From contig NC_043018.1 in assembly GCF_006345805.1 (NCBI RefSeq), forward strand, positions 15,128,001-15,192,000: a stretch of DNA of 64,000 bases, given 5' to 3'. The position numbers and the translations under genes were made by a program. This DNA is from Octopus sinensis. Taxonomy: Eukaryota. Shown here piece after piece: positions 50,502 to 64,000 of the stretch. Numbering within the stretch: the stretch's first letter is position 1; every line of letters begins with the position of its first letter. The notes below the pieces were generated by a model that did not search any database, had not been told where the DNA came from, and was given only the letters and a program-made list of their open reading frames with translations.

Positions 50502-52092
50502 TACTGCAGTGTAAAATCGGCACCGCTTACCAAACATGTGTGTATGTGCGTGTGTGTGAGTGTGTGTGTGTGTGTCTGTCTGTCTGTGTCTGTGAGAGTG
50601 TGTGTGTGCGTGCAATGCTCTTCCTGGTGATTAACTGTAAGGTTTCCCCGTCCTGAAAATAACTTTCATTTAGTTCGCTGCTATTAACAGGAAAACAAAA
50701 ACAACAACTTAGATTTACCTAAAAACAAAAGCAAAACAATGCATACCAATAAACGTGCTCAACATATAAAAAACACATTCTACTTACGCAAATTAATCCA
50801 ATGACGAAGAAAGCGGTTTCACCTCTGACAGAAAAATGTTTACGAAAAGCATGTTTTCCTTTTATATTATATTATTCAGTGATTCATTCATTTATTTATT
50901 TATTTATTTATTGGCTGTGGATTGTCTGTGGGTGTGGAAAAGAATGTCTTTAGGTAAACTAATCCATACGTTTTACAGCGTGACATTTTCCGGTATTCGG
51001 CAGCTTCGAGTTCAAATTTCACAAAAAGACTATATGTTTTGTCTTTAATCATTTCGGAGTGACAAATAAAGCCCCAGCCCTGTACTAGAGTTGATTCTCT
51101 CCCCACCCCACCCTACATTCTTTCTCTTCCGCTTTTTATTTTACCTGTAATTTCAAAAAAAAAAAATCTGCCTGTCATATTTTGCTATTCTGTACGATTA
51201 ATTACGTATATGTGTCTATGGAACCCTTAACCATTTTTCACGTTAATTTCGCCAGTAAAACTTCAAATAATTGAACGACTGAATGCTCTTCGTCGATAAC
51301 GACGAAGACTTCATTTGACAAAGGGCAGGGTCAAATGTCCTGCCTGGCGAGCTGGCAGAAGCGTCAGCACGCCGGGTGAAACGCAAAGAGGTATTTCGTC
51401 TGTCGTTACGTTCTGAGTTCAAATTCCGCCGAAGTCGACTTTGCCTTTCATCCTTTCGGAGTCGATAAATTAAGTACCAGTGACGCACTGGGGTCGATCT
51501 AATTGACTTAATCCGTTTGTCTGTACTTGTTTGTCCCCTCTATGTTTAGCCCCTTGTGGGTAGTAAAGAAATAGGTATTTCGTCTGCCGTTACGTTCTGA
51601 GTTCAAATTCCGCCGAAGTCGACTTTGCCTTTCATCCTCTTGGGGTCGATAAATTAAGTACCAGTGAAACGCTGGGGTAGATGTAATCAACTAGTCCCCT
51701 CCCCCAAAATTTCAGGCCTTGTGCCTTTAGTAGAAAGGATTATCATTATTGTCGTTGTTGTGATGACGCATGGTCTTGTGGTTAGAGTGCTGTACACACG
51801 ATCATGAAATCGTGATTTCAGTTTCTAGACCGGGTGGTGTGTTGTGATCTTGAGCAAAACAATTCCTCCCACGCTGCTCTGCGATCACTTCGATACGTGG
51901 CACACCGTGGCACCTGTTCAGATAACGTCAATTTGATGGAGAGAGTGAGTTTAAAGTGCGGCACATATATATTTGATCACAATAAACAAATCATTTGTGC
52001 TGGTCGTTCGTCAAGTTGAACCCTCATGCATCGTCTTCGAGTCCAGAAATAATAATAATAATATATAATAATAATATAATAATAATAATATA

Positions 52093-52127
<35 letters not shown>

Positions 52128-52129
52128 TA

Positions 52130-52176
<47 letters not shown>

Positions 52177-52199
52177 TAATAATAATAATAATAATAATA

Positions 52200-52235
<36 letters not shown>

Positions 52236-52323
52236 CATTTTGACGGCATGCACTGCTCCCTCACTTGATAATAATAACAACAACTACAACAACAACAACA
52301 GCAACAACAACAACAACAACAAC

Positions 52324-52356
<33 letters not shown>

Positions 52357-53084
52357 CTCTCCAGTCAGCAGCCGGAGTCGTAGAAACGCTAATGCAACCC
52401 AGCAGAACAACTGAAAAATAATAATAATAAATCTAGAATATGTACAATTTCTTGTGAGTATTTTAAATTTCCTTCAACAATTTCTTGTAAATATTATAAA
52501 TAACTCTCAAAAAACTAGAATATCTACAATTTCTTGTGATTATTTAAAAATTTCCTGCAAAACAAGTTGAAAATCTTGCATATCCACAATTTTCTCTGGC
52601 CGAACACACAAACGATGATGTTCAGAAACTTTGAAACTTACCTACAACTTTCTATGAATACCTGTCCTTTTCCTCAATATTCGAAAATGTAAAGTTCCTT
52701 TTAGTACCAGAACACTGCAGCTACCTCTGGCCGAATACACAAACGATCATCATTAGAAAATTAAAAAGGTTTAATAAGTACAATTCTCTGCGAAACTTTT
52801 GCCCTTCTTTTCTCCTTGGTTACTCGAATATGTGAACGTACCTTCTATTGCAACAACACTATTAAACACACATCAAAAATTTCCGTTTAATGTTTACAAT
52901 ATTACTTGGAAACGAAATTTAAAAGATAGTGCAACGGGTGTAAACAAAATGCCTAGGTAACGAATATGAAAACAAAAATGTGCAGAAAGCAACGAGGCTG
53001 GGGTGGAGAGAGGACTTCTGAAAGTTCACAAGATCCGGGTTTGTCGCCAATAACTTTGAGGAAAATAAATATCTTTTAGTGAAA

Positions 53085-53564
53085 TCTCTATATATAAAAC
53101 TGCAGTTGTGTGTGTGTCTGTCCCCTTCGATTTAGATTCCTAACTACTCCCACATTTTGCGGTGCAGTTTAACCAAATTCGGGTATCTTATAGTCGTGAT
53201 TCATATCGAGCCCGTCTGAGTATTAGCGCGCGTCTACGATGAGTACGATTTAAAAAATAATTTAACATAATTTTTTATTCCATTTTAATGCATAATTTTT
53301 CGTGTGTCGATGGCGGCGGAGTTGGCTTCTCCCCCTTCTTCCCTCCCTCGTGAAGCTGTGGGGAAGGGAGTGTAAGGAAATCAACGTCGTAAAGCGTTGT
53401 CAAGGAGACCAGCGTTCTTTTAGAACAACTTCATGGCTTGAAGACACCAAAACAGAAATGGCTAAGAAAGCCCGAATTGGCATCTATAAGGGAAGTAACT
53501 CTCTAAAAATGCTTATATAGTTATTTCCCTTACAAACCCGAGCAACGCCGTGCGATACTGCTGG
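53085..53564 (+). mobile_element. Non-autonomous Helitron (CTGG end variant)
   Basis: Same termini and body as 17760-18147 and 60152-60663. Confidence 0.8.
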
Positions 53565-55002
53565 TTGTATATAAATACTTATCAAGCGACATGCATTACG
53601 GATTCCTAATGTGTCGTAAACTCCTTATTTTTGTCTGGAAAAAAGGGCGGGGTGCGGAATTATTGAAAAACTTTTTCTTTTTTTTTGATGGATGAATTAC
53701 GGTGACCTAATAAGTCACAAAACACTCTTTTTTTGTACAGAAAACGGAGGCCGTTTCTTTCTTTAAAAATTCGTTAAATCTTTACAAGTGCCTCTTTACC
53801 ATAACCAGGAATCCAAAGAAACATTTTTTTAAAACATGCGTTTTTGAAGGTGAGATGCGAAGCCGCGTTAGTACCCTTTCTTTACTCGTATTTTAAAATA
53901 ATATTTTGCAGAAACACGTTTTCTAGAGTGTGGATCGCATTAGATTGAAAATTCAAACAAGCTTGGAAAGAATAATAAGTGAAAATGCTGAACTTATAAG
54001 AATTAGTGGTAAAAGTGTCTGGACAGGAAAAAGAACCGATAGAATAAGTACTAGGCTTACAAAGGATAAGTCCTGGGGTCGATTTCCTCGACTAAAGGCG
54101 GTGCTCCAGCATGGGCACAGTCAAATGACTGAAACAAGTAAAAGAGTAAAAGAGTATACCCCCAGACCGAAATAGCAGCCAAATCTCACACAACTGCGAT
54201 AACATAATGTAATCAATCTACTCACCTTTCTGCAAAGAGTTCTTTCAGAGTAATTTCCCGCAGTAAGATGACAATGTAATTTAATGGTGAAATTAAAGTA
54301 GCTTTTTAAAAAACTTTTTTCGAATTTTTTTTTTTTCCATCTACGTCGGAAAATACGGAGATTAAGAATATGGCCAATATAAACACAAATTCAAATTTTA
54401 ATTTCAAATTCTTTATGAAAAACTCCGACGCAAAATTCCCCCCTCCTCGCCATCCCGCTGCCTAATAGTGAAAATGAACGGGTTTTTGTCTATTTCACAT
54501 GAATTTGAAATTTTGAAAATGCGATTTTTGAATTTTTTTTTTTTTTTTTTGTGTTTTCAGAATCGGATCCTCCATAACCAAAAACGTGGGATTCCGCAAA
54601 AGGAAAAAAATCAATATATATCCATTTTACCGAAAATTATGATGGCAAAATCGGATCTTGTGAATTTTCCGAAAGTCCTCTCCCCACTACACCAGGATCG
54701 TTAGCGCAAATTTTGTTTTTCGTATTCGATTTCGTCACACTTGTTAACACCCACCAGGCTCTCTCTCTTTTTTTTTACTCTTTTACTTGTTTCAGTCATG
54801 TGACTGTGGACATGCTGGAGCACCGCCTTTATTCGAGCAAATCGACCCCAGGACTTATTCTTTGTAAGCCTACTACTTATTCTATCGGTCTCTCTTACCG
54901 AACCGCTAAGTTACGGGGACGTAAACACACCAGCGTCGGTTGTCAAGCGATGTTGGGGTGGGGGAGACAAACACAGACACACAAACATATACACACACAT
55001 AC

Positions 55003-55094
<92 letters not shown>

Positions 55095-55725
55095 GACGGG
55101 TTTCTTTCAGTTTCCGCCTACGAAATCCACTCACAAGGCTTTGGTCGGCCCGAGGCTATAGTAGAAGACACTTGCCCAAGGTGCCACGCAGCGGGACTGA
55201 ACCCGGAACCCCGCTGGTTTGTTATTTTTTTTAGTTCACGAGTGAAGATCATTATAATGACCGAAAATTCTACATAAGGACAATTTTCCCTGGCAGATCA
55301 CACAATCGATATCGATCACTTTTAAAAACTTTGAAACACTCGGAGATAAACAACTGACTGCTAATATATACAAACTGCGAAGTTATGAAAACTAAACCAC
55401 TGTAAAACCTATAAAAAGGCAAGAAAAATTTAACCACGTAAAGATCAATATGTGTATATATGTATGTATATGTGTGTGTCGATATATATGTATGTGTATG
55501 TATATATATATGTGTGTGTGTGTGTGTATATATGTGCGTGTGTGTATTATAATTGTTATTTTTTTTCTATCCGTAATCAAAACAAAACAGTGTGTGTTGG
55601 CCCTTTCCAAGGCCAAGGTCAGCCCCTCTCATCGGGCGCCTTTGACCTCTTGCTGATTGCAAAGAGTGTGATGCTTCTTTTGCTTCCTGGTCGCACTACA
55701 CCTGCTGCTGCTATTGCTGCTGCTG

Positions 55726-55774
<49 letters not shown>

Positions 55775-55935
55775 GATAATAGTGATTAGCCTGGAGACAA
55801 ACATACGTGCAACAGCGTTTACATCCTGCTGACAGAACATACAATCCCGTTACCAAGTCTACCACGGCTGCCACCAACGCCATCGCCATTCCACTGGAAG
55901 TAGCTCCGAGATTGCATGATGACTCTGTCTCCCTG

Positions 55936-55988
<53 letters not shown>

Positions 55989-56099
55989 CTGTCAATTCAA
56001 TATCTACCTCTTTCTACGATGCTACATGAATTCTGTCGGCCTACCATTTGACACCTTCCAATTGGCAGGTCATGACACGAACTAATTTAAAACTTCTCA

Positions 56100-58656
56100 A
56101 AATAAAAATTCCCCACCTACCAGAAAATGACGATGCCTGGGACCTCTGAACCTTACCCAAGGAACCAGACAACTGGTTAACCCTGTGTGCTTATAGCACG
56201 ACCCTGGATACCAACTATAGAAATAACCCCTAGAACCCGTGGCGTTCAAAGAACGCGTTCATCAGTGACTTTAGGTTCTGGCAGTGAGCTCGAAAAGTCT
56301 TTAAATCAGGATCAACCTCCTGAAGAACCTGTAGCAAATCAAACCAGAGATATTCACGAAACTGACGCTCAGGATCAACTACCAAAACTATCTCAAAGAA
56401 ATAGAAATACAAGACAGAAATAGACTAAGGAGGAATATATCGAAGTTATGCATGCTTATTATTATTCAACACTAAACCCAGAAATATCAACCACACAAAA
56501 AGAGACCTACAATATCTGGAGATGCAAAGACCCGCATAGCAGGCTGTGCCTGGACAGTAATATACTAGGGGCTGTGAGACGTGATATCCTAAAAATTAAA
56601 AGACTGACTGCAAAATTGACAAAATAGTCAGATCAGTCAAAAGACAGTTTAGTATAACACACACTCACTTATACCCACAGGCAAACAGCTCTGAAATCCC
56701 TAAGTCAAACCAGCAAACTAGGTACACAGAACCCTATGAAGGTGGAGCATCAGTTGATACTAAATACATTATAAATGATCAGGTCAGCAATGAATTATTT
56801 GATGGAATACTAGAACAATATCTAATAGAGCTACATCACGCTTTCCACGAAAGAGCCGCACTTCCGAAAATCATTAAAACTAATAAGAACAGCAAGCAAT
56901 CAATGAAGTTGAACAAGCACTTGGAAAGCTGATTCGACAACTCCTTGAGAATAGTAGAGAAAACGCCCCTGGGGTGATTGATCGACTCATTTACTCAGCT
57001 GCTTATGTTGCAACTCAGAAATGCGGTATTAAAAGTAGAGATAGACAAAAACAGTGCAAAGTACACAAACAGCTTGCATGGATGGAAAGAATAAGCCGGC
57101 AAATAAGTTAAGTTAAGTTCAGTTAAGTTAATTTTTTGGCTCAAAAAGCAAAAAGCAAGGCCATGTAGGGGGACATGGAGTTATGTACAGGGGTGTTCAT
57201 GCAAAGAGTTCAGGCCATTTCTGGTCAAGAGAGACTTTGAACCGAGCGGTCGTCGGCATCTTCACCATCTCGTCTGGCAGCTTATTCCACGGATCCGCAA
57301 CCCGGACGGAGAAAGCCCCTCTTCTTCGATTGGGATGAAATCGTCGCAGATAGAGCTTTTCGGAGTGACCCCGCAGCCTACGCTCTAGAGCAGGAGTGAA
57401 GAACAGCTCTTTCGAAAGGTTACATTTTCCGCTTATGATGTTGTGAGATCACCACGGTGTCTTCGTTTTTCTAGAGAATAAACGTCGAGCGTCTTCATCC
57501 TTTCTTTATAAGACAAATCCAGCTAAGAGCAGATATATCTTTTCTAGTTGAAGCAGGCAAAGGGAAAATTAATAAACCCAACAAACTAATAAGAATAATT
57601 GTTAAACATTACCTTTACCTGAAAACAAAGGATAGACAGACTGACAGACGCTTTACAAGCATGGACTTGACAGAGCAAAACAATTGGTACGACCACCAAC
57701 ACGAAGGCATCATCGAAAATGACAATGCAAAGATCCTGTGGCATTTTATGATTCAGTGCGATCCTGAGATAGAGAATAGGAAGCCGGGCAATACTCTTTT
57801 ACTCTTTTACTTGTTTCAGTCATTTGACTGCGGCCATGCTGGAGCACCGACTTTAGTCGAGCAAATCGACCCCGGAACTTGTTCTTTGTAAGCCCAGTAC
57901 TTATTCTATCGGTCTCTTTTGCCGAACCGCTAAGTGACGGGGACGTAAACACACCAGCATCGGTTGTCAGGCAATGCTAGGGGGGGGGGCAAACACAGAC
58001 ACACAAATACACACACACACACATATATATATATACATATATACGACAGGCTTCTTTCAGTTTCCGTCTACCAAATCCACTCACAAGGCATTGATCGGCC
58101 CGGGGCGATAGCAGAAAACAGTTGCCCAAGATGCCACGCAGTGGGACTGAACCCGGAACCATGTGGTTGGTAAACAAGCTACTTACCACACAGCCACTCC
58201 TGCGCCTTAATTGAGAAAGAAAGCAAACTATGCAGGATCCTAGATACAGCATGCCCAGCTGACAACAAGTTATGCAATAAGGAAGAAAGAAAAGTTGAGA
58301 GATATGACAGGTTATCTTGGGAGGTTAAGCAGTTGTGGTCGCTGAAAAAGGTGGCAGTAGTACCAATAATTGTCGGCGCCCTGGGAACAGTGAGTAAAAA
58401 TCTTGAGAAGTACATGGAACAAATAGGGGCTGATATAAGGGTGGAGCACTTGCAGAAAACAGCGCTGCTTGGAACCGCTCGAATACTCCAGAAGGTGCTT
58501 GAAGAGTAAGAGGTGTTCCCTTAGTTCACTGGTAGTGAACAGTACATCTCCAGCGTTAGAAGCTGTGTAAAGCCAATAATAATAAGGATGATGATGATGA
58601 TGATGATGACGATGACGATGATGATGATGATAATAATAATAATAATAATAATAATA

Positions 58657-58690
<34 letters not shown>
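56100..58690 (+). mobile_element. Internally deleted R4/Dong-clade element with nested CR1 fragment and SINE; (AAT)n/(GAT)n tail
   Basis: N-terminal TKEEYIEVMHAYY..TYNIWR; C-terminal WYDHQHEGIIENDNAKILWHFMIQCD..IENRKP, then (after the SINE) KVERY..L..EVKQLW..VVPIIVGALGTV..LLGTARILQKVL*. No RT core seen. Confidence 0.75.
57115..57410 (-). mobile_element. CR1 LINE 3'-end fragment
   Basis: LRGHSEKL..RRGAFSVRVADPWNKLPDEMV..FKVSLD is the typical CR1 ORF2 terminus. Confidence 0.75.
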
Positions 58691-58691
<1 letters not shown>

Positions 58692-60151
58692 GGTGGTCTG
58701 CTGGCAGAATCGTTAGCAATCCGGGTGAAACGCTAAGCGGTATATCGTCTGCCGCTACGTTCTGAGTTCAAATTCCGCTAAGGTCAACTTCGCATATCAT
58801 CCTTCCGGGGGTCAATAAAATAAGTACCAGTTACGCACTGGGGTCGATGTAAGACTGGCCTAGTACTTATTCTATCAGGTTCTTTTGCCGAAACGCTATG
58901 TTAGGGGGAAGTAAACACACCGGCATCGGTTGACAAGCGATGTTGAGGGGACAAACACAGAGACATAAACATACATACATACATACATACATGCATGCAT
59001 ACATACATACATACATACATACATGCATACATACATACATACATACATACATACATACATACATACATGCATGCATGCATACATACATACATACATGCAT
59101 ACATACATACATACATACATACATACATACATGCATACATACATACATACATACATACATACATACATGCATGCATGCATACATACATACACACACACAT
59201 ACATACATACATACATGCATGCATGCATGCATGCATACATACATACATACACACACATACATACATACATACATACATACATACATACATACATACATAC
59301 ATACATACATGCATGCATGCATACATACATACATACATTGCTCGAAGCGACAAGTCGCGTATTTGGCAAGAGAGTTTATTTATCGAAAATTCGAAGAATA
59401 TTATCTCCGACTTTGGAGCCACAACTATCAGCCTTATTAAATAACTGGTTAATCTTCAGAGGAATTAAATGAGGGAGCCTTTTATTCACGATCGTAATGA
59501 TCTTCGACTGAAGCTTGAATTTAGCATGCAGAAAGTTACTACAAACAACATGGCTGGACACAACATCAACAACAACACTCAACAGCTCAACAGGTAAAGA
59601 AATTCTTTCTAGCCGTAGTTATAGAAGAATACTACAAAGTTATTTTCTCTTGGAGTTATGCATTGAATAATGATCTATTTCACTGCTGCAAGAATGCGAA
59701 ACAAAACCACGCTGTTGATATATGAAGCGATTGACATGATATTGGGACGATCTGCATCCAGAATTAAATCAATTTTCTGCGAAGCAACTACGCCAAAAAG
59801 CAACATTTGTAGAACATAAAAAGTATCTAGTTTTTTTTTATCTTGCAAAATATGCATTTTTAAAAAGACAGTAAAAAAATTTGAAAATCAGTTATAATGA
59901 TGTATCCTTCCAGTCTCATTGCTTTGAAGGTATGATTGATTGATTCTAGTTTCAGCTCATGAGCTGTGGCCATGCTGGGGCACCGCCATTTGATGTTGTG
60001 GAGAAAAAAAAAATTGGAGGAAAAAGTTACAGAGGTTTAAAAATCGGAAAAACTATATATTTTTAGCCAATAGCGAGACAGAAATTGTCTGCATTTAGCG
60101 GAGCTATGTCAACATTTACCTGTTCATTGTAGGTTTCTAAATAAACAGAAA

Positions 60152-60663
60152 TCTATATATATAAAACTCTAGTTGTGTGAGTGTCTGTCCCCTTCGATTT
60201 AGATTCCTAACTCCTCCCACATTTTGCGGTGCAGTTTAACCAAATTCGGGTATCTTATAGTCGTGATTCATATCGAGCCCGTCTGACTATTAGCGCGCGT
60301 CAACGATGAGTCTACGATTTAAAAATAATTTAACATAATTTTTTATTCCATTTTAATGCATAATTTTTCGTGTGTCGATGGCGGCGGAGTTGGCGTTCAT
60401 GGTCACAGCTGCACCTGTTTGCTTCTCCCCCTTCTTCCCTCCCTCGTGAAGCTGTGGGGAAGGGAGTGTAAGGAAATCAATGACGTAAAGCGTTGTCAAT
60501 GAGACCAGCGTTCTTTTAGAACAACGACTTCATGGCTTGAAGACACCAAAACAGAAATGGCTAAGAAAGCCCGAATTGGCATCTATAAGGGAAGTAACTC
60601 TCTAAAAATGCTTATATAGTTATTTCCCTTACAAACCCGAGCAACGCCGGGCGATACTGCTAG
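60152..60663 (+). mobile_element. Non-autonomous Helitron
   Basis: A|TC start, CCCGagcaacgcCGGG hairpin, CTAG|T end. Confidence 0.85.
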
Positions 60664-61639
60664 TACCTAATAAAATCAACATGTATCATCTTACTCCTTC
60701 TTTTGTCTCTTCATTGATTGTTATGGTTTTATTATCTTTTAAAATTTATTAAATCAATATATTTGTCTGAATGTGTTTACTTTATGCGTATTTCAGTATT
60801 ATGTATACCTGTCGTGTATTTGTGTACATCAATATCAATAAAGCTGAAATGCGAAAACTTTGTTTGTCTCATTTGGGATGGGAACGGTTTAAGGTGCAGT
60901 AGATGAGGTCGGATTGGCGCCAAAATTTACACTCGGGTGAGGTGGGGGTGGGCAATTGTGTGAGGAAGGTTGCAAGTCGCTCGGGGCTACGGTTTGGTTG
61001 CCATGGTGAGGAATATGGGAAAAATTGAGTTTTATGGGATAGACAGGTTGCGCTGTTTGAATAATGGTGGCATTTCGTGTTGCTGCAGGGAGTAAGAGGC
61101 GGTTATCTTTAATCTAATCTATAATGTGAAGAAGGCGAGCCTTGATACAAATTGGATTTTTATGTAAAAAGGGATCTAAATGGGGCTGGAAGGGGATTAA
61201 AATCTACTGAAGGGGGTAACTTGAGGTGAGAAATTGATTGAGAGACGTTTTGGGGCGCTACAGTGAAAACTGGGGAATTAACCTTCTTCCCAGCTCTATA
61301 AACAAAAGCGAAAACGTGAACGATATAAGATCACCACGTGGTTTCGCAGCTAGCGACATTCCAACAGATTCCATAGCACTGGCCAGCCAAAGTACATTAC
61401 TGGCTCAAGTGACTAACCATTGTCCCCCTACTACGACTATGGTAAATAGCAGGCACAACCGCAACGATTATTGTAGTAGTTGTGGTTGTCAGGATTATAG
61501 GCCAGTGAAATGAGCCCTTACTGAAATTTTCCGAGAAAAAATAACTTTGGTTTTGAAGTACTCCCTCGAGGAGAGAGTATTCTTTCCCAAAGTAAATAAA
61601 AAAAACCCACCAGATACGGTATTAAACGCTGTTAACGGA

Positions 61640-63400
61640 ACTGGTGATGTGTATTTACAACAGTGTGGTGAACCAACAAACTGGCAGATTAACAACACCT
61701 ATCTAAATGCTCTGGCTGCTATTGTAGTATTTATGCATTATGACCCGCATAAACGTTTAATGCCACAATGTGATGCATCTCTCCATCAGGGCCAGGTGCA
61801 GCCCTTTGTCATCGAATGTAGCTTTTGCCTCCCTTATTCTGTTACCAGCTGAAAAGAACCTTTCTCAGTTGGACAAAGAAGCACTTGCAGTTGTAGTTGG
61901 TATCAAGGGATTCCATCAATATGTATAAGGCGACGAGCTGGCAGAAACGTTAGCATGCTGGGTGAAATGCTTAGCGGTATTTCGTCTGCCGCTACATTCT
62001 GAGTTCAAATTCCGCCGAGGTCGACTTTGCCTTTCATCCTTTCGGGGTCGATTAAATAAGTACCAGTTACGCACTGGGGTCGATGTAATCGATTTAATCC
62101 GTTTGTCTGTCCTTGTTTGTCCTCTCTGTGTTTAGCCCCTTGTGGGTAGTAATGAAATAGGTATTCCATCAATATGTTTGAGGCTGTCATTTTGAAATTT
62201 ATACTAATCATAAACCTTTGGTTGCCCTACTTGGAAAAGAGCGGGGTATTCACAAATGGGTTCACCTAGAATGCAGGGATGGGCTTTGATGTTAAATGCT
62301 CATAGCTATAGTATACACTACGTTCCTGGGCCCAAGAACGTTACTGCCGATGTAGTGAGTCGTTTTCCCTTGACTTCTTCGTTACATGAAATTGAACAAC
62401 CAGCAGAAACTGGTACACACGATCCAACGTTTTAGTGGCACACCATCCGAGGACAGGATACCCTTCGACTAACAGACAAAGATTATGTTTTGAGAGGGTG
62501 GCCGTCTAAAACAAGTTTAGAATTAAAACCGTTTTTACAGCGTAAAGATGAACTGAGTTTGTACGAGGGTTGCATATTTTGGGGTCCTCGTATGATTGTA
62601 CCCTTTAAATTAAGACAACAGTTCAAGACAAAACTGAATAAGTTTGCATGATGCTCATCCAGGCATAAATCACATGAGGGCATTATCTCGAAGCTACTGT
62701 AAGTGGTTCAATCTGGATGCTGATATTGATCTGATGAGTAGAAGATGCGACGTTTGTCAACAATACCAGCCACAAAACATCCCTGGAAGTGGCCAGAAAA
62801 ACCTCGGCATAGATTACACGTTGATTATTTTGGTCCTCTTAATGCTATGATGTACTTATTAATTATTGATGCACATAGGCGCAGGAATGGCTGTGTGGTA
62901 AGTAGCTTGCTAACCAACCCCATGGTTCCGGGTTCAGTCCCACTGCAAGTGTCTTCTGCTATAGCCTCGGACCGACCAAAGCCTTGTGAGTGGATATATA
63001 CATATATACGACGGGTTTCTTTCAGTTTCCGTCTACCAAATCCACTCAGAAGGCTTTGGTCAGCGCGAGGCTATAGTAGAAGACACTTGTCCAAGGTGCC
63101 ACGAAGTGGGACTGAACCCGGAACCGTGTGGTTAGTAAGCAAGCTACTTACCACACAGTCACTCCTACGCCTGTTTGGTCGCAATCTGCAAACAAGATTT
63201 TATTCTCGTCATCGCACAAAAATATCGAAGGAAAACAAACACGAATGAATGCAAAGAAGAAGGAAGGGAGGACCTCTCCATAAGCAATTGGTTGGCATTT
63301 GGCAATTGGCAACTGTAGTTGAAACTTGGAAGTTTAATCAATTTGTGTTTGCCAGGTGGTCAAGTTGTGCGTGGACATTCGATCTCGAGTAAAGAATGCA
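61640..63400 (+). pseudogene. Ty3/Gypsy pol relic (RNase H + integrase), interrupted by SINEs
   Basis: HYDP..QCDAS, FSQLDKEALAVV.GIKGFHQY, TNHKPL, KNVTADVVSR, HDAHPGINHMRALSRSY..W..LDADI...C..CQ, HPWKWP.KP..RLHVDYFGP..YLLIIDAH; C-terminal GGQVVR near 63360. Confidence 0.85.
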
Positions 63401-64000
63401 GGTAATGATTAAAGCAATGATTAAACAGACGTAAACGATGGTTCTATGTCAACATCAACGGCTGAAAGCGACAGTTTGGCTGAAAGAGAAACAGCTGACA
63501 ACCCTACGTTGCGACAATCAGAACGTGTATAAAAAAACCTGTTGATCAAAACCTGTTGATCAGTCTATCGTGCGCGCGTGTGTGTGTGTTGGTTAATTCT
63601 GCAACCTGCTGCAAATTGTTTTGTAACAACAAATATTTTTTTTATTTTTTTTAAAAACCTGTCTTATTTACAGCGAGCGTTCGGTGTCCTGTTTTCCTCA
63701 GGCTTTCGCCTGAACAGGACTGCTTTTTGTTAGTATGTATGTCATTATTCAGTTTATTTCAAGACTTACGTACATACATTCATTCATACATACATACAAA
63801 CATACATACATACGTACGTACATACATACATACATACGTACGTACATACTACATACATACATACAAACATACATACATACGTACATACATACATACAAAC
63901 ATACATACATACATACATACATACAAATATACATACATACGTACATACAAACATACGTACGTACATACATACATACATACATACGTACATACATACGTAC

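Noticed and set aside
51287-51306. Hairpin cttcgtcg-ataa-cgacgaag as a ribozyme or terminator
   Set aside because: No hammerhead GAAA partner or other support; a short hairpin is expected by chance.

Overview
AT-rich, repeat-saturated animal genomic DNA. The SINE families and (TA)n/(TACA)n arrays look like those of an octopod cephalopod; this is recognition from memory, not a database result. There is one 100-N gap (37281-37380). Only one intact protein-coding gene is supported: a 5-exon, minus-strand class I SAM-dependent methyltransferase of the WBSCR27/METTL27 family, join(complement(17335..17519,21957..22049,22952..23084,27367..27498,33340..33498)), 233 aa, with all GT-AG sites and phases consistent. 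The rest is mobile DNA: Penelope-like elements (PLEs), CR1, R4/Dong, Tx1 and RTE LINE relics, a Gypsy pol relic, two identical solo LTRs, Tc1/mariner and Merlin relics, non-autonomous Helitrons and many tRNA-derived SINEs. I found no convincing new protein-based system. The best leads are at the nucleic-acid level. (1) A minimal hammerhead ribozyme in a PLE-type terminus. (2) A perfect 108-bp palindrome whose fold-back point matches that ribozyme's predicted cleavage product, suggesting cDNA snap-back at a ribozyme-defined RNA 5' end. (3) A ~90-100-bp SINE module that inserts into sister SINEs with a ~92-bp duplication of host sequence.
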